Assembly: GCA_949292375.1 (NCBI GenBank)
Contig: CASEZG010000003.1
Span: 5,510-69,509 of the forward strand
Reading direction: 5' to 3'
DNA length: 64,000 nt
Source of the DNA: an uncultured Pseudomonadota bacterium
GTDB lineage: Bacteria > Pseudomonadota > Alphaproteobacteria > RF32 > CAG-239
Below, piece after piece: positions 1-9,335 of this stretch. The position numbers and the translations under genes were made by a program. The notes beneath the pieces were generated by a model. The model saw only the letters and a program-made list of their open reading frames with translations. It was not told the DNA's origin and made no database searches. The first letter of the stretch is position 1. Each line of letters opens with the position of its first letter.

Positions 1-72
1 AGTATCGGTTTCGGTGGCTTGCTGCTTGGTATAATTTGTGCATTCTTCGTCTTTAAAAAATGGGGAAAATAA
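1..72 (+). CDS. 3' end of an upstream gene (partial): hydrophobic C-terminal segment plus short basic tail
   Basis: Frame 1 is open from the window edge to TAA at 70-72 (..SIGFGGLLLGIICAFFVFKKWGK*). The tail resembles the C-terminal anchor of the next gene. Confidence 0.4.
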   Translation, partial: SIGFGGLLLGIICAFFVFKKWGK

Positions 73-73
73 A

Positions 74-997
74 ATGAAAAAATTGAGTTTGGTTTTGCTG
101 TTTTTATTAGGAACAAGTTCATTTTCTGTCGCCGAGGATAAAGTTTTATCAAAGGAAGAATTAGCACAAATATTGGAAGTCGGAGCGCAGTCAGAATTTA
201 ACTCTGATGGCACGCCTTACACAGGTGTCGTTCGGAAAAGAATGAGTTTGGGCTTTATCTCTATTCCCTATGTGGATGGCTTTGTTACGGGAAGGCTCAC
301 AATAGAGTATGACAATGGCGAAAAATTATTCAATGATTTGAACAAAGGATTGGATAGTGGTGAATTTCGCATATACTATCCCGATGGCACATTAAAAGTG
401 GAATGCGATTATCGCGATGATAAATGCATTACCTCAGAGCGTGAATATTATGAAAATGGAAAGCTTAAAATTGAAAAAGAATGCGTAAACGGCCACTTTA
501 ACGGATTTATCAAAACATATTACGAAAATGGTCAAGTGGCGCAAGATGTCCAACAAAAAAACGGAAAGCTTAATGGTATGTCTCATCGTTATGATGAAAA
601 CGGCGTTTTGCTTTCGGAAGTAGAATATATTGATGACGTAAGACAGGGGATTGCAAGAGTTTATTATCCAAATGGCAAGCCGCAAGCGGAAATAACAATC
701 GTAGATGGTAAGGAAAACGGTCCGGCTAAAGAATATTATGAAAGTGGTCAGCTCCGTAAAGACTATACTATTGTGGACGGACAGCCGGAAGGAAAAGTTA
801 AGGAATATTATGAAAGTGGTCGCTTATATGCAAAATCTGTGTTCAAAGATGGAATGAGCCATAATGTAACATTTTATTTTGATGAACCTTCAGCTAAAGT
901 AATATACTCAACGATAGGTGGAATATCATTCTTTTTAGGTTTTATTCTGACATTTTTCTTGCTTAAACGGCACGCAAAAAGAAAACGAAATAAATAG
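74..997 (+). CDS. MORN/YwqK-type repeat protein with N-terminal signal peptide and C-terminal TM anchor
   Basis: Repeated YYENG/YYPNG/EYYESG motifs recur about every 23 aa. N-terminus MKKLSLVLLFLLGTSSFSVA. C-terminal hydrophobic stretch followed by KRHAKRKRNK. Start moved to ATG 74 because the upstream frame stops at 72. Confidence 0.75.
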   Translation: MKKLSLVLLFLLGTSSFSVAEDKVLSKEELAQILEVGAQSEFNSDGTPYTGVVRKRMSLGFISIPYVDGFVTGRLTIEYDNGEKLFNDLNKGLDSGEFRIYYPDGTLKVECDYRDDKCITSEREYYENGKLKIEKECVNGHFNGFIKTYYENGQVAQDVQQKNGKLNGMSHRYDENGVLLSEVEYIDDVRQGIARVYYPNGKPQAEITIVDGKENGPAKEYYESGQLRKDYTIVDGQPEGKVKEYYESGRLYAKSVFKDGMSHNVTFYFDEPSAKVIYSTIGGISFFLGFILTFFLLKRHAKRKRNK

Positions 998-1006
998 GAA
1001 TATATT

Positions 1007-1624
1007 ATGAAGCAACAAGAACTCAGAGAAAAGTTTGCAAAATCAGATATTGATTTTGTTGATATTGAAACGGTTTATTTCAGAGAAGATACCGAGATAG
1101 CTGCGGGAACATTGGTTGAGCCATTTGTCGTTTTCGGAGAAAAAGTCAAAATTGGCAAAGGCTGCACAATTAAGGCTTTTTCGCATTTGGAAGATGTTAT
1201 TGTTGAAGATAATTGCATCATCGGGCCTTTTGCCAGAATAAGAGGCGGTTCGCATATTGCATGCAACGCAGGTGTCGGAAATTTTGTTGAGGTCGTTCGC
1301 TCAACTATCGGCAGCAAAACGGCGGCTTGGCACCTAAATTATATTGCCGATGCCGAGATAGAAGAGAATGTTGAACTTGGCGGCGGTTTGGTTATCAGCA
1401 ATTATGATGGCTTCAATAAGCACAAAACCAAGATAGCCAAAAACAGCTTTGTCGGAGCCAACACCACACTTATTTCTCCGACAAATGTGGGGGAGGGCGC
1501 AATGGTGGCAGCCGGAAGCGTCGTTTCCGGAGATATTGAAGAGGATGCCTTAGTCATCGAACGCAGCCCGCTAGTCAAGAAGCCCCATGGTGCCTCAAGA
1601 TATATGCAAAGAAAAAAATCTTAA
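1007..1624 (+). CDS. Left-handed beta-helix acetyltransferase matching only the C-terminal (acetyltransferase) half of GlmU
   Basis: Strong resemblance to the E. coli GlmU C-terminus: IGPFARIR, VGNFVEV, NYDGFNKHKTKI, FVGANTTLISPTNVGEGAMVAAGS. No uridyltransferase domain lies upstream. Confidence 0.75.
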   Translation: MKQQELREKFAKSDIDFVDIETVYFREDTEIAAGTLVEPFVVFGEKVKIGKGCTIKAFSHLEDVIVEDNCIIGPFARIRGGSHIACNAGVGNFVEVVRSTIGSKTAAWHLNYIADAEIEENVELGGGLVISNYDGFNKHKTKIAKNSFVGANTTLISPTNVGEGAMVAAGSVVSGDIEEDALVIERSPLVKKPHGASRYMQRKKS

Positions 1625-1676
1625 AAGCAAAAGCCCTGCCAAAGAGCAGGGCTTTTCTAAAAGAATAACCGGTTGC

Positions 1677-3608
1677 TTATTCGTGCTTATGCGGCATCTC
1701 AGCTTCTTTAACCAGAGCAGCAATAAAGTCATCAAGTTTGACGGTTTCTTGCTTCTCAGAGCCAAGGCGGCGAACAGTAACCGTACCATTTTCTTTTTCC
1801 TTAGCACCGACAACGGCAATAACCGGAATCTTGGCAACGGAATGCTCACGAATTTTATAGTTGATTTTCTCATTGCGCAAATCTGTTTTGGCATACAAGC
1901 CCGCTTCCTGAAGCTTCTTTGCAACTTCCAGAGCATAATCATCAATCTCGCTGACAATCGGGCAAACCACAACTTGCTCCGGAGATAACCACAAAGGCAA
2001 TTTACCGGCATGGTTCTCAATCAAGATACCTAAGAAACGTTCAATAGAACCAAACAATGCGCGGTGCAACATAACCGGCTGATGTTTTTCACCATCTTCA
2101 CCGATATAAGAGATATCGAAACGTTGCGGCAGATTCATATCCATCTGGACCGTACCGCATTGCCACTCACGACCGATGGCATCACGCAAAATAAATTCGA
2201 GCTTCGGACCATAGAAAGCACCTTCGCCCTCATTAATTTCATATTTATAGCCATTATGTTCCAGAGCATTAGCCAAAGCTTTTTCGGAGATATCCCAAAT
2301 CTCGTCGGAACCGATACGATAAATGCTGTCCGGACGTGTAGAAAGATAAATCTTAACATCTTCAAAACCAAAGTCTTTATAGATGTCCAAAATCAGCTTA
2401 ATTGTCTTAACGCATTCTTCTTCCATTTGTTCCGGCGTGCAGAAAATATGCGCATCATCTTGCGTAAATTCACGCACACGCATCAAGCCCATCAAAGAAC
2501 CCGATGCTTCATAACGGTTTACCATACCAAATTCAGCCACACGCAACGGCAAATCGCGATAAGACTTAATACCTTGTTTATAAACCAACAATCCACCGGG
2601 GCAGTTCATCGGCTTAACACAAAACTGTTTTTCATCTTCTGTTTTGCCGGAATAGTTATGAGCACCATACTTATCCCAGTGACCGGAAATTTCCCACAGA
2701 ACACGATCCATAATGCGAGGTGTTGCAATTTCAATATAACCATTGTGCTCTTGGCGGTTACGCATATATTCAATCAATTTGCGATAGATTTTGTAACCTT
2801 TATCATGCCAGAAAACGGCACCCGGAGCATATTCAGGTTCAAAGTGGAACAAATCCATCTCTTTACCGAGCTTGCGGTGGTCGCGTTTTTCGGCTTCTTC
2901 TAACATCTCTAAATAAGCTTTAAGGTCTTTTTTGTCAGCCCAAGCCGTTGCATAAATACGTTGCAACATTTCTTTAGTGGAATCCCCGCGCCAATAAGCA
3001 CCGGCAACTTTCATCAACTTAAAAGCATCGCCGATTTTGCCTGTAGACGGAACATGCGGACCGCGGCAGAGGTCTGTAAATGAACCTTGACGATATAAAG
3101 AAATCGTTTCATCTTCCGGCAAGTCCTCAATAATTTCAGCCTTATAAAATTCGCCATTGTTTTTGAAGAATTTGATAGCTTCATTGCGCGGCATAATAAT
3201 GCGTTCCAATTTTTCATCACGCTTAATAATCTCGTGCATTTTAGCTTCAATTTTTTCAAAATCTTCAGTTGTAAAGGGTTCTTTGCGAGCAAAGTCATAA
3301 TAAAAACCGTTTTCAATAGCGGGGCCTATTGTAACCTGAACATCCGGCCAGAGCTCCTTGACGGCTTGAGCCATAACATGCGAGCAAGAGTGACGCAAGA
3401 TATGCAAGCCTTCCTTATCCTTGCCGGTGATAATAGTCACGGTTGCGTCGGTAGTGATGGGAGTGCTTAAATCTTGTGTTTTGCCGTTTACGGTTATAGC
3501 CAAAGCTGCTTTTGCCAAATTGGGGCTAATCTTGTTTGCAATGTCAAAGCCGTTGACACCGCTTTCCATCTCTAAAATACTACCGTCAGGTAATTTTATC
3601 GCAACCAT
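1677..3608 (-). CDS. thrS: Threonyl-tRNA synthetase
   Basis: 643 aa with TGS domain, editing-domain HSCSHVMA, class II core motifs (FRVREFTQDDAHIF, MLHRALFGSIERF) and C-terminal anticodon-binding domain. Confidence 0.97.
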   Translation of the reverse strand: MVAIKLPDGSILEMESGVNGFDIANKISPNLAKAALAITVNGKTQDLSTPITTDATVTIITGKDKEGLHILRHSCSHVMAQAVKELWPDVQVTIGPAIENGFYYDFARKEPFTTEDFEKIEAKMHEIIKRDEKLERIIMPRNEAIKFFKNNGEFYKAEIIEDLPEDETISLYRQGSFTDLCRGPHVPSTGKIGDAFKLMKVAGAYWRGDSTKEMLQRIYATAWADKKDLKAYLEMLEEAEKRDHRKLGKEMDLFHFEPEYAPGAVFWHDKGYKIYRKLIEYMRNRQEHNGYIEIATPRIMDRVLWEISGHWDKYGAHNYSGKTEDEKQFCVKPMNCPGGLLVYKQGIKSYRDLPLRVAEFGMVNRYEASGSLMGLMRVREFTQDDAHIFCTPEQMEEECVKTIKLILDIYKDFGFEDVKIYLSTRPDSIYRIGSDEIWDISEKALANALEHNGYKYEINEGEGAFYGPKLEFILRDAIGREWQCGTVQMDMNLPQRFDISYIGEDGEKHQPVMLHRALFGSIERFLGILIENHAGKLPLWLSPEQVVVCPIVSEIDDYALEVAKKLQEAGLYAKTDLRNEKINYKIREHSVAKIPVIAVVGAKEKENGTVTVRRLGSEKQETVKLDDFIAALVKEAEMPHKHE

Positions 3609-3634
3609 TTTAAAATTTTCCTTTAACTTATAAA

Positions 3635-4813
3635 TTAATCACTTTCTTTATCAGAAGCTATAAGCTCCTCATAAACCTTGATAGTTTTATCACACATAAT
3701 TTCTTTTGTGAAGTTGTCTTTTACGTTTTTTATGCCGGCTTGAGCAATTTTTTCTTCCTCATCTTTAGAAAGAGCCAAAGCCCAATCAATGGCCTCAGCC
3801 AAAGAAGCCGCATTGTTATTATAAAAGAGCTTTCCGGTAACGCCGTCAACAATACTGTCTAGCGAACCGCCATGGTTCGATGCGACCACAATCTTACCCA
3901 TGGCCTGGCCCTCGATAGCAATACGCCCAAAAGCCTCAGGTTCAATTGCCGTTGATAAAATGACGTTGGAAACCATCATCAAAGCAGGCATATCCAAAAC
4001 CTTACCAAAGATTGCTACCCGATTCTCAAGCCCGAATTTCTGTATCATTTTTTTAAGTTCGTTAACATACTCTTCACGGCCTTGTTCGTCACCGGCAATA
4101 ATACAATAATAATTTTGATTTTTGACTTTCGATAAAGCCTCAATCAAAAGATGCTGCCCTTTCCAGCGAGTTATTCTGCCGCCCAAGAGCAAAACTTTTT
4201 TGTCATCTGGAATATTGTAGTCGCGGACCGTATTGATAATCCGCTCTTGAGTAACGGCATCAGGAGAAAATTTCTCGGTGTTAACACAACGATGAACCAA
4301 TCTGATTTTGTCTTCAGACACCTTATAATTTGCCAAAATGTGCCGTTTGATATGTTCAGAGATAGCAATAACTTTTTCCCCGTATGTCATAACGCGGTTG
4401 TAAAGTTTTTTTAACCCCCAAGGACCTAAACCATATGTACCGTGGAAGGTTGTCATATAATGTACACCGGCTTTTTTTGCTGCCCAATAAGCACTCCATG
4501 CCGGAGCCCGAGAGCGTGCATGAACAATATTAATTCCTTTTTCCTTAATAAACTTTGCCAGTTCATTTGCGTTTTTGCGCATTTTAAAGATATTCTTTGT
4601 CTTAAGAGGCAGAGTTAAATGTTCGACTTTAAGCCTGTCTAAATCATAGACCAACCGGCCGCCTTGAGATGCAACATAATTTTTAATGCCTCTTTTTTGC
4701 AGACCGGAAGCGATTTCGATTGTTCCGATTTCTACGCCGCCCATTTCAAGCTCGGGCAAAACTTGTAAAACAACGGGTTTTTGTTCGCTTTGTTTTGTCA
4801 TCTTCTCGTACAT
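3635..4813 (-). CDS. GT4-family glycosyltransferase
   Basis: 392 aa. N-terminal GGVE motif and C-terminal E-x7-E region (EPEAFGRIAIEGQAMGKIVVASNHGG). Confidence 0.85.
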   Translation of the reverse strand: MYEKMTKQSEQKPVVLQVLPELEMGGVEIGTIEIASGLQKRGIKNYVASQGGRLVYDLDRLKVEHLTLPLKTKNIFKMRKNANELAKFIKEKGINIVHARSRAPAWSAYWAAKKAGVHYMTTFHGTYGLGPWGLKKLYNRVMTYGEKVIAISEHIKRHILANYKVSEDKIRLVHRCVNTEKFSPDAVTQERIINTVRDYNIPDDKKVLLLGGRITRWKGQHLLIEALSKVKNQNYYCIIAGDEQGREEYVNELKKMIQKFGLENRVAIFGKVLDMPALMMVSNVILSTAIEPEAFGRIAIEGQAMGKIVVASNHGGSLDSIVDGVTGKLFYNNNAASLAEAIDWALALSKDEEEKIAQAGIKNVKDNFTKEIMCDKTIKVYEELIASDKESD

Positions 4814-4833
4814 ATCCTCTAAAAGTTTTTAAG

Positions 4834-5298
4834 TTAGTAAATTCCTTTGTTAAGCGGGTCATCCTGCAAAACACTTTGCGGACGATAAACATAAATATTT
4901 GTTATGCTGGGCAAATTATAAGTCCGATGCCAATAGCCTCTGTCCTCCATGCATAATCTGTACTTTCTTGGGCTAGAATCCGAGTCGTTACGCAAGCTGT
5001 TAACCATAAGAGGCATTGCTCCCGGATAAGGGACATAACTTGCCCAAATACCTTTCTCCGAGTGCCAATCGGCTCTGATATTCATCTTAACTTCTTCAGA
5101 GAAGAACCAAGTCCGAACGTCGGGGAGTAACTTAAAATCCTCAGCTTGTCGCATACACTCAGAATGATCGCGAGCAAATTTTTGTACGCCGGTGTTTTCT
5201 CTCTCCCAATGGTAAATAACTTGTCCGTCACCATCCTGAAATAATGTGCAGGAAGAAACCATAAATAAAGTTAATGTCGCAATAAATATCTTTTTCAT
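4834..5298 (-). CDS. Hypothetical lipoprotein
   Basis: MKKIFIATLTLFMVSSC lipobox at the internal Met. The longer ORF start would overlap the GST gene. Confidence 0.6.
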   Translation of the reverse strand: MKKIFIATLTLFMVSSCTLFQDGDGQVIYHWERENTGVQKFARDHSECMRQAEDFKLLPDVRTWFFSEEVKMNIRADWHSEKGIWASYVPYPGAMPLMVNSLRNDSDSSPRKYRLCMEDRGYWHRTYNLPSITNIYVYRPQSVLQDDPLNKGIY

Positions 5299-5299
5299 T

Positions 5300-5965
5300 T
5301 TAAAAGTCCAAATTAGCATAATGTTTTGCCGGTAGAATACCTTTAATATTGTCTTTCAAAATCTCCTTAAAACTTGGACGGGATTTTATTTTAGAATACC
5401 AAAGTTTGGCATTCTTATAACCCTCCCAAGGAATATCACCCAAATAGTCCAAGACAGATAAATGAGCAGCAGCCGTAATATCAGCTAAAGAAAAATCATC
5501 GCCGCCAAGATAATTGCGCCGCTCCGCCAACCAGTCAATATATTCCATGTGAAAATTAAGGTTATTCATACCTATTTTCAATATCTTAGAATCAGGCGGG
5601 TTTCCGGAACCAAAGCGTTTATGAATTTTTTCTTGAACAATGTTTCTGTTAACTTCTTTCAAAAACTTAGCATCAAACCACTCCATCAAACGTCTTATTT
5701 CTGCTTTTTGTTTTGGATCGGATGGCATAAGTTTTATATCTCTGTTCACTTCTTCCAAAAATTCCGTAATAGCATAATTTCCGGCAATTACGTTTCCGTC
5801 GAAAACAAACACGGGCAAATCGCCGGAAGGATTAAGCTTAAAAAGATCCTGAGAGGGTTTCCATGGTTCTTCTTCTTTTAAAACAAACAACATTCTTTTT
5901 TCAGACATAATTATCCGAATTTTACGAGAAGCTGCCGAGGCAGGATGATGAATCAAGAGTACCAT
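5300..5965 (-). CDS. Glutathione S-transferase family protein
   Basis: 221 aa with N-terminal thioredoxin-like fold (SAASRKIRIIMSEK..LNPSGDLPVFV) and C-terminal helical GST domain. Confidence 0.8.
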   Translation of the reverse strand: MVLLIHHPASAASRKIRIIMSEKRMLFVLKEEEPWKPSQDLFKLNPSGDLPVFVFDGNVIAGNYAITEFLEEVNRDIKLMPSDPKQKAEIRRLMEWFDAKFLKEVNRNIVQEKIHKRFGSGNPPDSKILKIGMNNLNFHMEYIDWLAERRNYLGGDDFSLADITAAAHLSVLDYLGDIPWEGYKNAKLWYSKIKSRPSFKEILKDNIKGILPAKHYANLDF

Positions 5966-6056
5966 GAACTTGCCGCTTTCTGTTAAAGTTTAAATCAAAT
6001 TCAATTTAAACAATAAGTTTTCAAAGGTCAAGAATGCGATACAAGTTTTAATCCGT

Positions 6057-7007
6057 TTATTGTCGTCTTTTAGGCGGTAAAATCATAATCATTGTATTCG
6101 GTTGCTCGTGAACGGCGGTTTCTTCAATGTCAGGAAGCTTTTTGTCACTGCTGAAAGATGGAGGAACGACGCCTTTTGTTTCATTTTGAATCTTAACGAT
6201 AGTGTCTTTTAGTGTTTTTTCTATGGATTTTACCGTTTCGGGTCTTTCCATAAAAGCGGTAAAAGTTTTTGAGAGCAATTTTTTGTGCGGAGAAAGTTTT
6301 GAGATGCCGATAAATAAAGGCATATCCCAAAGAGATTGTTTTGAAAAGCTTACTTTGTTATAAACTCCAAGTCTCAAAGCTTCAATCATGCTAAAATAGC
6401 GACTGCCTAAAATATAATCTACCTGTCCGGCAAAAAGAAGCTCATACATATCAAGCGGTTTATCGAATTTTTTAATGTTATATTGCTTAAGTTCTTGAGC
6501 AACAAAGTCGCTTATGTGTTCATGCGAACTCATGGCTCCTTGTAGTTTCTTTAGGTCACTGCGAGACTTTACTTCTTTGATTCGGCTTGGAAGCATAATA
6601 ACAACGATAGGATTGTTGACTGCGGCGGGAAAAACATACTCTAGCCCCATATACATATCGGTTTCGTGGTACAATCCAAGGAGCATATCAATCTCCCCGC
6701 GGCGCACATCTCGAACCAAAGTGGAATAATTTTTTGAAATAATATAATTGGTTTCAAAATTTTGTCTCTCGGCATATTGTGCGATAACCGGCTGAAAAAT
6801 GCTGGTAAAGCTGTCTTTGTATGGAGGGTCTGCATAATGTCCGAATGGCGGATAATCTAAAAAAGCGGCAATTTTTAGTTCTTGCTTAATGCGGTTTTTT
6901 TCTTTTTTTAACTCTACCATTTGAGCGGAAACCGTCTCAAACAGAAAGATGCTGCCAATAATCGCAAACAATAGTGTTTTAAGAAATTTTATCATAATCC
7001 CCGCCAT
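6057..7007 (-). CDS. Periplasmic substrate-binding protein (family 3, amino-acid-binding-like)
   Basis: Signal peptide (..FLFETVSAQ). Typical DYPPF and GEIDMLLG-type motifs of SBP_bac_3. Confidence 0.7.
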   Translation of the reverse strand: MAGIMIKFLKTLLFAIIGSIFLFETVSAQMVELKKEKNRIKQELKIAAFLDYPPFGHYADPPYKDSFTSIFQPVIAQYAERQNFETNYIISKNYSTLVRDVRRGEIDMLLGLYHETDMYMGLEYVFPAAVNNPIVVIMLPSRIKEVKSRSDLKKLQGAMSSHEHISDFVAQELKQYNIKKFDKPLDMYELLFAGQVDYILGSRYFSMIEALRLGVYNKVSFSKQSLWDMPLFIGISKLSPHKKLLSKTFTAFMERPETVKSIEKTLKDTIVKIQNETKGVVPPSFSSDKKLPDIEETAVHEQPNTMIMILPPKRRQ

Positions 7008-7107
7008 AAAAAAATTGTATTATCTAAAAATCTGTTCTAAAATATACTCTATATTAACCAAATTTAATTAAAAAGACTTTAATCGAAACTAAATTAGAGT
7101 GTTAAAT

Positions 7108-7500
7108 ATGAATGAATCTCAAAAATATTCGGCGGCAGAAGTGTCCTCTATGCAACAAAATGAGCTTGAGAGCAGAGCTTTTATCAGAACAGCTTCAGCT
7201 TTAAATATGATTAAAGAACATTGGGAGGAGAAAAAGTCAGAACTTCCGGAAGCTCTGGATAAAAATCGTCGTCTTTGGACAATAATCGCTAGTGCCATGC
7301 AAGAGAGCGATTGTCCTCAGCCACCGGAAATCAGACAAAATATCATCAATCTGGCGATGTTTGTTTTTCAAAGAACGGTTAAAGTTTTAGCAGAGCCGTC
7401 TCCAGATGGTCTCAATGCTTTAATTAATATTAATATGAATATAGCAAGAGGTCTGGCAGGCAAACAAGCAGACGAAAATGAACTTTCATCAGGAATGTAA
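7108..7500 (+). CDS. flaF: Flagellin synthesis regulator FlaF
   Basis: Aligns by eye with Caulobacter FlaF (NRRLW.., ..ININMNIARGLAG). An alternative GTG start lies at 7099. Confidence 0.8.
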   Translation: MNESQKYSAAEVSSMQQNELESRAFIRTASALNMIKEHWEEKKSELPEALDKNRRLWTIIASAMQESDCPQPPEIRQNIINLAMFVFQRTVKVLAEPSPDGLNALININMNIARGLAGKQADENELSSGM

Positions 7501-7513
7501 AATTTGTTTCTCT

Positions 7514-7548
7514 AAAAAAAGGAAGCCCCAAAGGCTTCCTTTTTTTTG
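7514..7548 (+). terminator. Rho-independent terminator after flaF
   Basis: AGGAAGCC-ccaaa-GGCTTCCT stem followed by a T8 run. Confidence 0.85.
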
Positions 7549-7571
7549 TGTGTGGAGATATATATATTTTT

Positions 7572-7587
7572 TGGCACGAATTTTGCA
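7572..7587 (+). promoter_or_regulatory. Sigma-54 (-24/-12) promoter of the fliK-flgD-flgE operon
   Basis: TGGCAC-GAATT-TTGCA exactly matches the consensus TGGCAC-N5-TTGCW. It lies 40 nt upstream of the fliK ATG, and GAGGA Shine-Dalgarno follows. Confidence 0.8.
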
Positions 7588-7626
7588 TAAGATATCTCAG
7601 ATAAACTTTTATGAGGATTTTCTGTC

Positions 7627-9321
7627 ATGGAATTGAGTGAAATAAAAAATCAATTGGCAAGCCTGATGAACTTCAGCAAGATAAATGTATCTTCGGCAGC
7701 AGGTGAAGATGCTTTTGCTCAGCTTCTGAGTAAAAATACGGAAGTTAAAGAAGCTCCGGTGCGCGATGTGGAGAAAAAGCCTGTGGCAGAAAAGAAAGAT
7801 ACCGCAAAAGCAGATAATGGTCGTTTAAATGAGGATAAAAAAACGACCGCTCAGGATGATAAAAAACGTCCGGAAATGAACGAAGATAATTCGGAGAAGG
7901 TATCTAAGCCCGAACAAGATGTTGCAAGCAAGAAGGAAAATTCATCGGCCGCAGATGGTGTTAAAAAGCAAGAAAATGTAGCGGAAAAAGGTGAGGTTGT
8001 TGCGGATGTTGCTGAAAAACCGCAGATTGCGGAAGATAAAGGAAATGATGATGTTGCGGCAATAATAGCTGTTCCGCTGAATGATTTATCTTTGATGGGG
8101 ATGATTAATGTTGTAAATCCTCAGACGGGTGAAATGATGCAAATGACCGGAGCTGATTTGGCTGAACAGTTAGCTTCTGGCGAAAATATGTTTCAGGTTA
8201 ATATGATTGTTCCGCAAGACGGAAGTGAGCCGATATTTACGCTGACACCGATATCTCAAGAAAATAATGTTGAGTTGCCACAAGCAAATACTATGGAAAA
8301 TTTGATGCAAACAGATTCTGAAAAAGGCGTGGAACTTAAGAATTTTGTTGCTGTTTCAGATGAGGAAACAGTTCAGTTGAGCGTCGACGCTGCAAACTCA
8401 AACGTTGAGAATAAGGAGTTGAAAAAGCAAGATGTTTTGCAAAAAATGGCTTCAGATATTGAGGTTAAAGATGTCGTGGATCAAAAAACAAGTGACCAAG
8501 CGGCAAAGTTATCTGAAGTTTTGGGAAAGGATGCTATTAAGACAGAGGTAAAAGTTTCGGTAAAAGAGGAAAAAATTTCCCAGTTAAGCAGCAACGATCT
8601 GTTGGCAAATACGGGAAGTGTTGCAGATTCTGTTGCTATTCAAACACAGAATGGCTCTGTCGAGGAGCTTGGAACTGCTAAAAATTTAAATGTTATGCCG
8701 ACATTTAATGCTATGACGCAGGGTGCCGTTGAGGGAGCTGTACAAAATTCAGCTCCGGTAGCGCAAGTTGAAACCAGCACGGCAAATCTGAATACGACGA
8801 TTGCCGCCGGAAGTGAATTTGTCAGAGCTGCAAAAGCAGATGCTAGCGCAGAAAGCAATCAAACCTCTTTCCGTGATATTTACAAGGGAATGAGTAAAGA
8901 AATAATAGACCAAGTAAAAGTAAATATTACCAAGTCTGCGGTAAAGGGTGTTGATAAAATAGATATTTCTTTGAAGCCGGTTGATTTGGGTCACATTGAG
9001 GTAAAGATGCAAATCGGCAAGGATGGAAAATTGCAAGCGCATATAATTTCCAGCCGACCGGAAACAATGGATGTATTGCAAAGAGAGATTCAAACATTGG
9101 AAAAGGCATTTAATGATGCTGGTTTCCAAACAGATTCCGGCTCCCTGAGCTTTAGTTTCAGAGGAGGAAATCAGGCAAATCAAAATCAAGGAAATGATAA
9201 CGGTTTGCGCAATTTTATCGGCGATATCTTTGAAAAAGAGGCAAGTAATGACCTCTTGGCCGGAGATGCTTTTCAGGGACAATCTTGGGACGGCACAACC
9301 GGTCTTAATATCAGAGTTTAA
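7627..9321 (+). CDS. fliK: Flagellar hook-length control protein FliK
   Basis: 564 aa. Long low-complexity acidic/Lys-rich N-terminal part. C-terminal Flg_hook-type region (ISLKPVDLGHIEVKMQIGKDGKLQAHIISSRPETMDVLQ). Position is upstream of flgD-flgE. Confidence 0.85.
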   Translation: MELSEIKNQLASLMNFSKINVSSAAGEDAFAQLLSKNTEVKEAPVRDVEKKPVAEKKDTAKADNGRLNEDKKTTAQDDKKRPEMNEDNSEKVSKPEQDVASKKENSSAADGVKKQENVAEKGEVVADVAEKPQIAEDKGNDDVAAIIAVPLNDLSLMGMINVVNPQTGEMMQMTGADLAEQLASGENMFQVNMIVPQDGSEPIFTLTPISQENNVELPQANTMENLMQTDSEKGVELKNFVAVSDEETVQLSVDAANSNVENKELKKQDVLQKMASDIEVKDVVDQKTSDQAAKLSEVLGKDAIKTEVKVSVKEEKISQLSSNDLLANTGSVADSVAIQTQNGSVEELGTAKNLNVMPTFNAMTQGAVEGAVQNSAPVAQVETSTANLNTTIAAGSEFVRAAKADASAESNQTSFRDIYKGMSKEIIDQVKVNITKSAVKGVDKIDISLKPVDLGHIEVKMQIGKDGKLQAHIISSRPETMDVLQREIQTLEKAFNDAGFQTDSGSLSFSFRGGNQANQNQGNDNGLRNFIGDIFEKEASNDLLAGDAFQGQSWDGTTGLNIRV

Positions 9322-9335
9322 GGGAGGATTAAGCT

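Noticed and set aside
38-73. N-terminal extensions of several track ORFs: 38-73, 30176-30211, 26704-26787, 46492-46512, 35430-35528, 5299-5319 and 61701-61745.
   Set aside because: The extensions overlap upstream genes or terminators, or lack a Shine-Dalgarno. Internal starts give canonical N-termini (signal peptide, lipobox or family-typical start) and better Shine-Dalgarno spacing.
2064-2903. 279-aa + strand ORF inside thrS. Similar long antisense ORFs occur at 8749-9282, 20568-20996, 21541-22077, 22342-22899, 53919-54914 and 62483-62962.
   Set aside because: All lie fully antisense to strongly supported genes. Their sequences are low-complexity or odd in composition (Phe/Ile/Ser-rich) and lack Shine-Dalgarno sequences. 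These are typical shadow ORFs.
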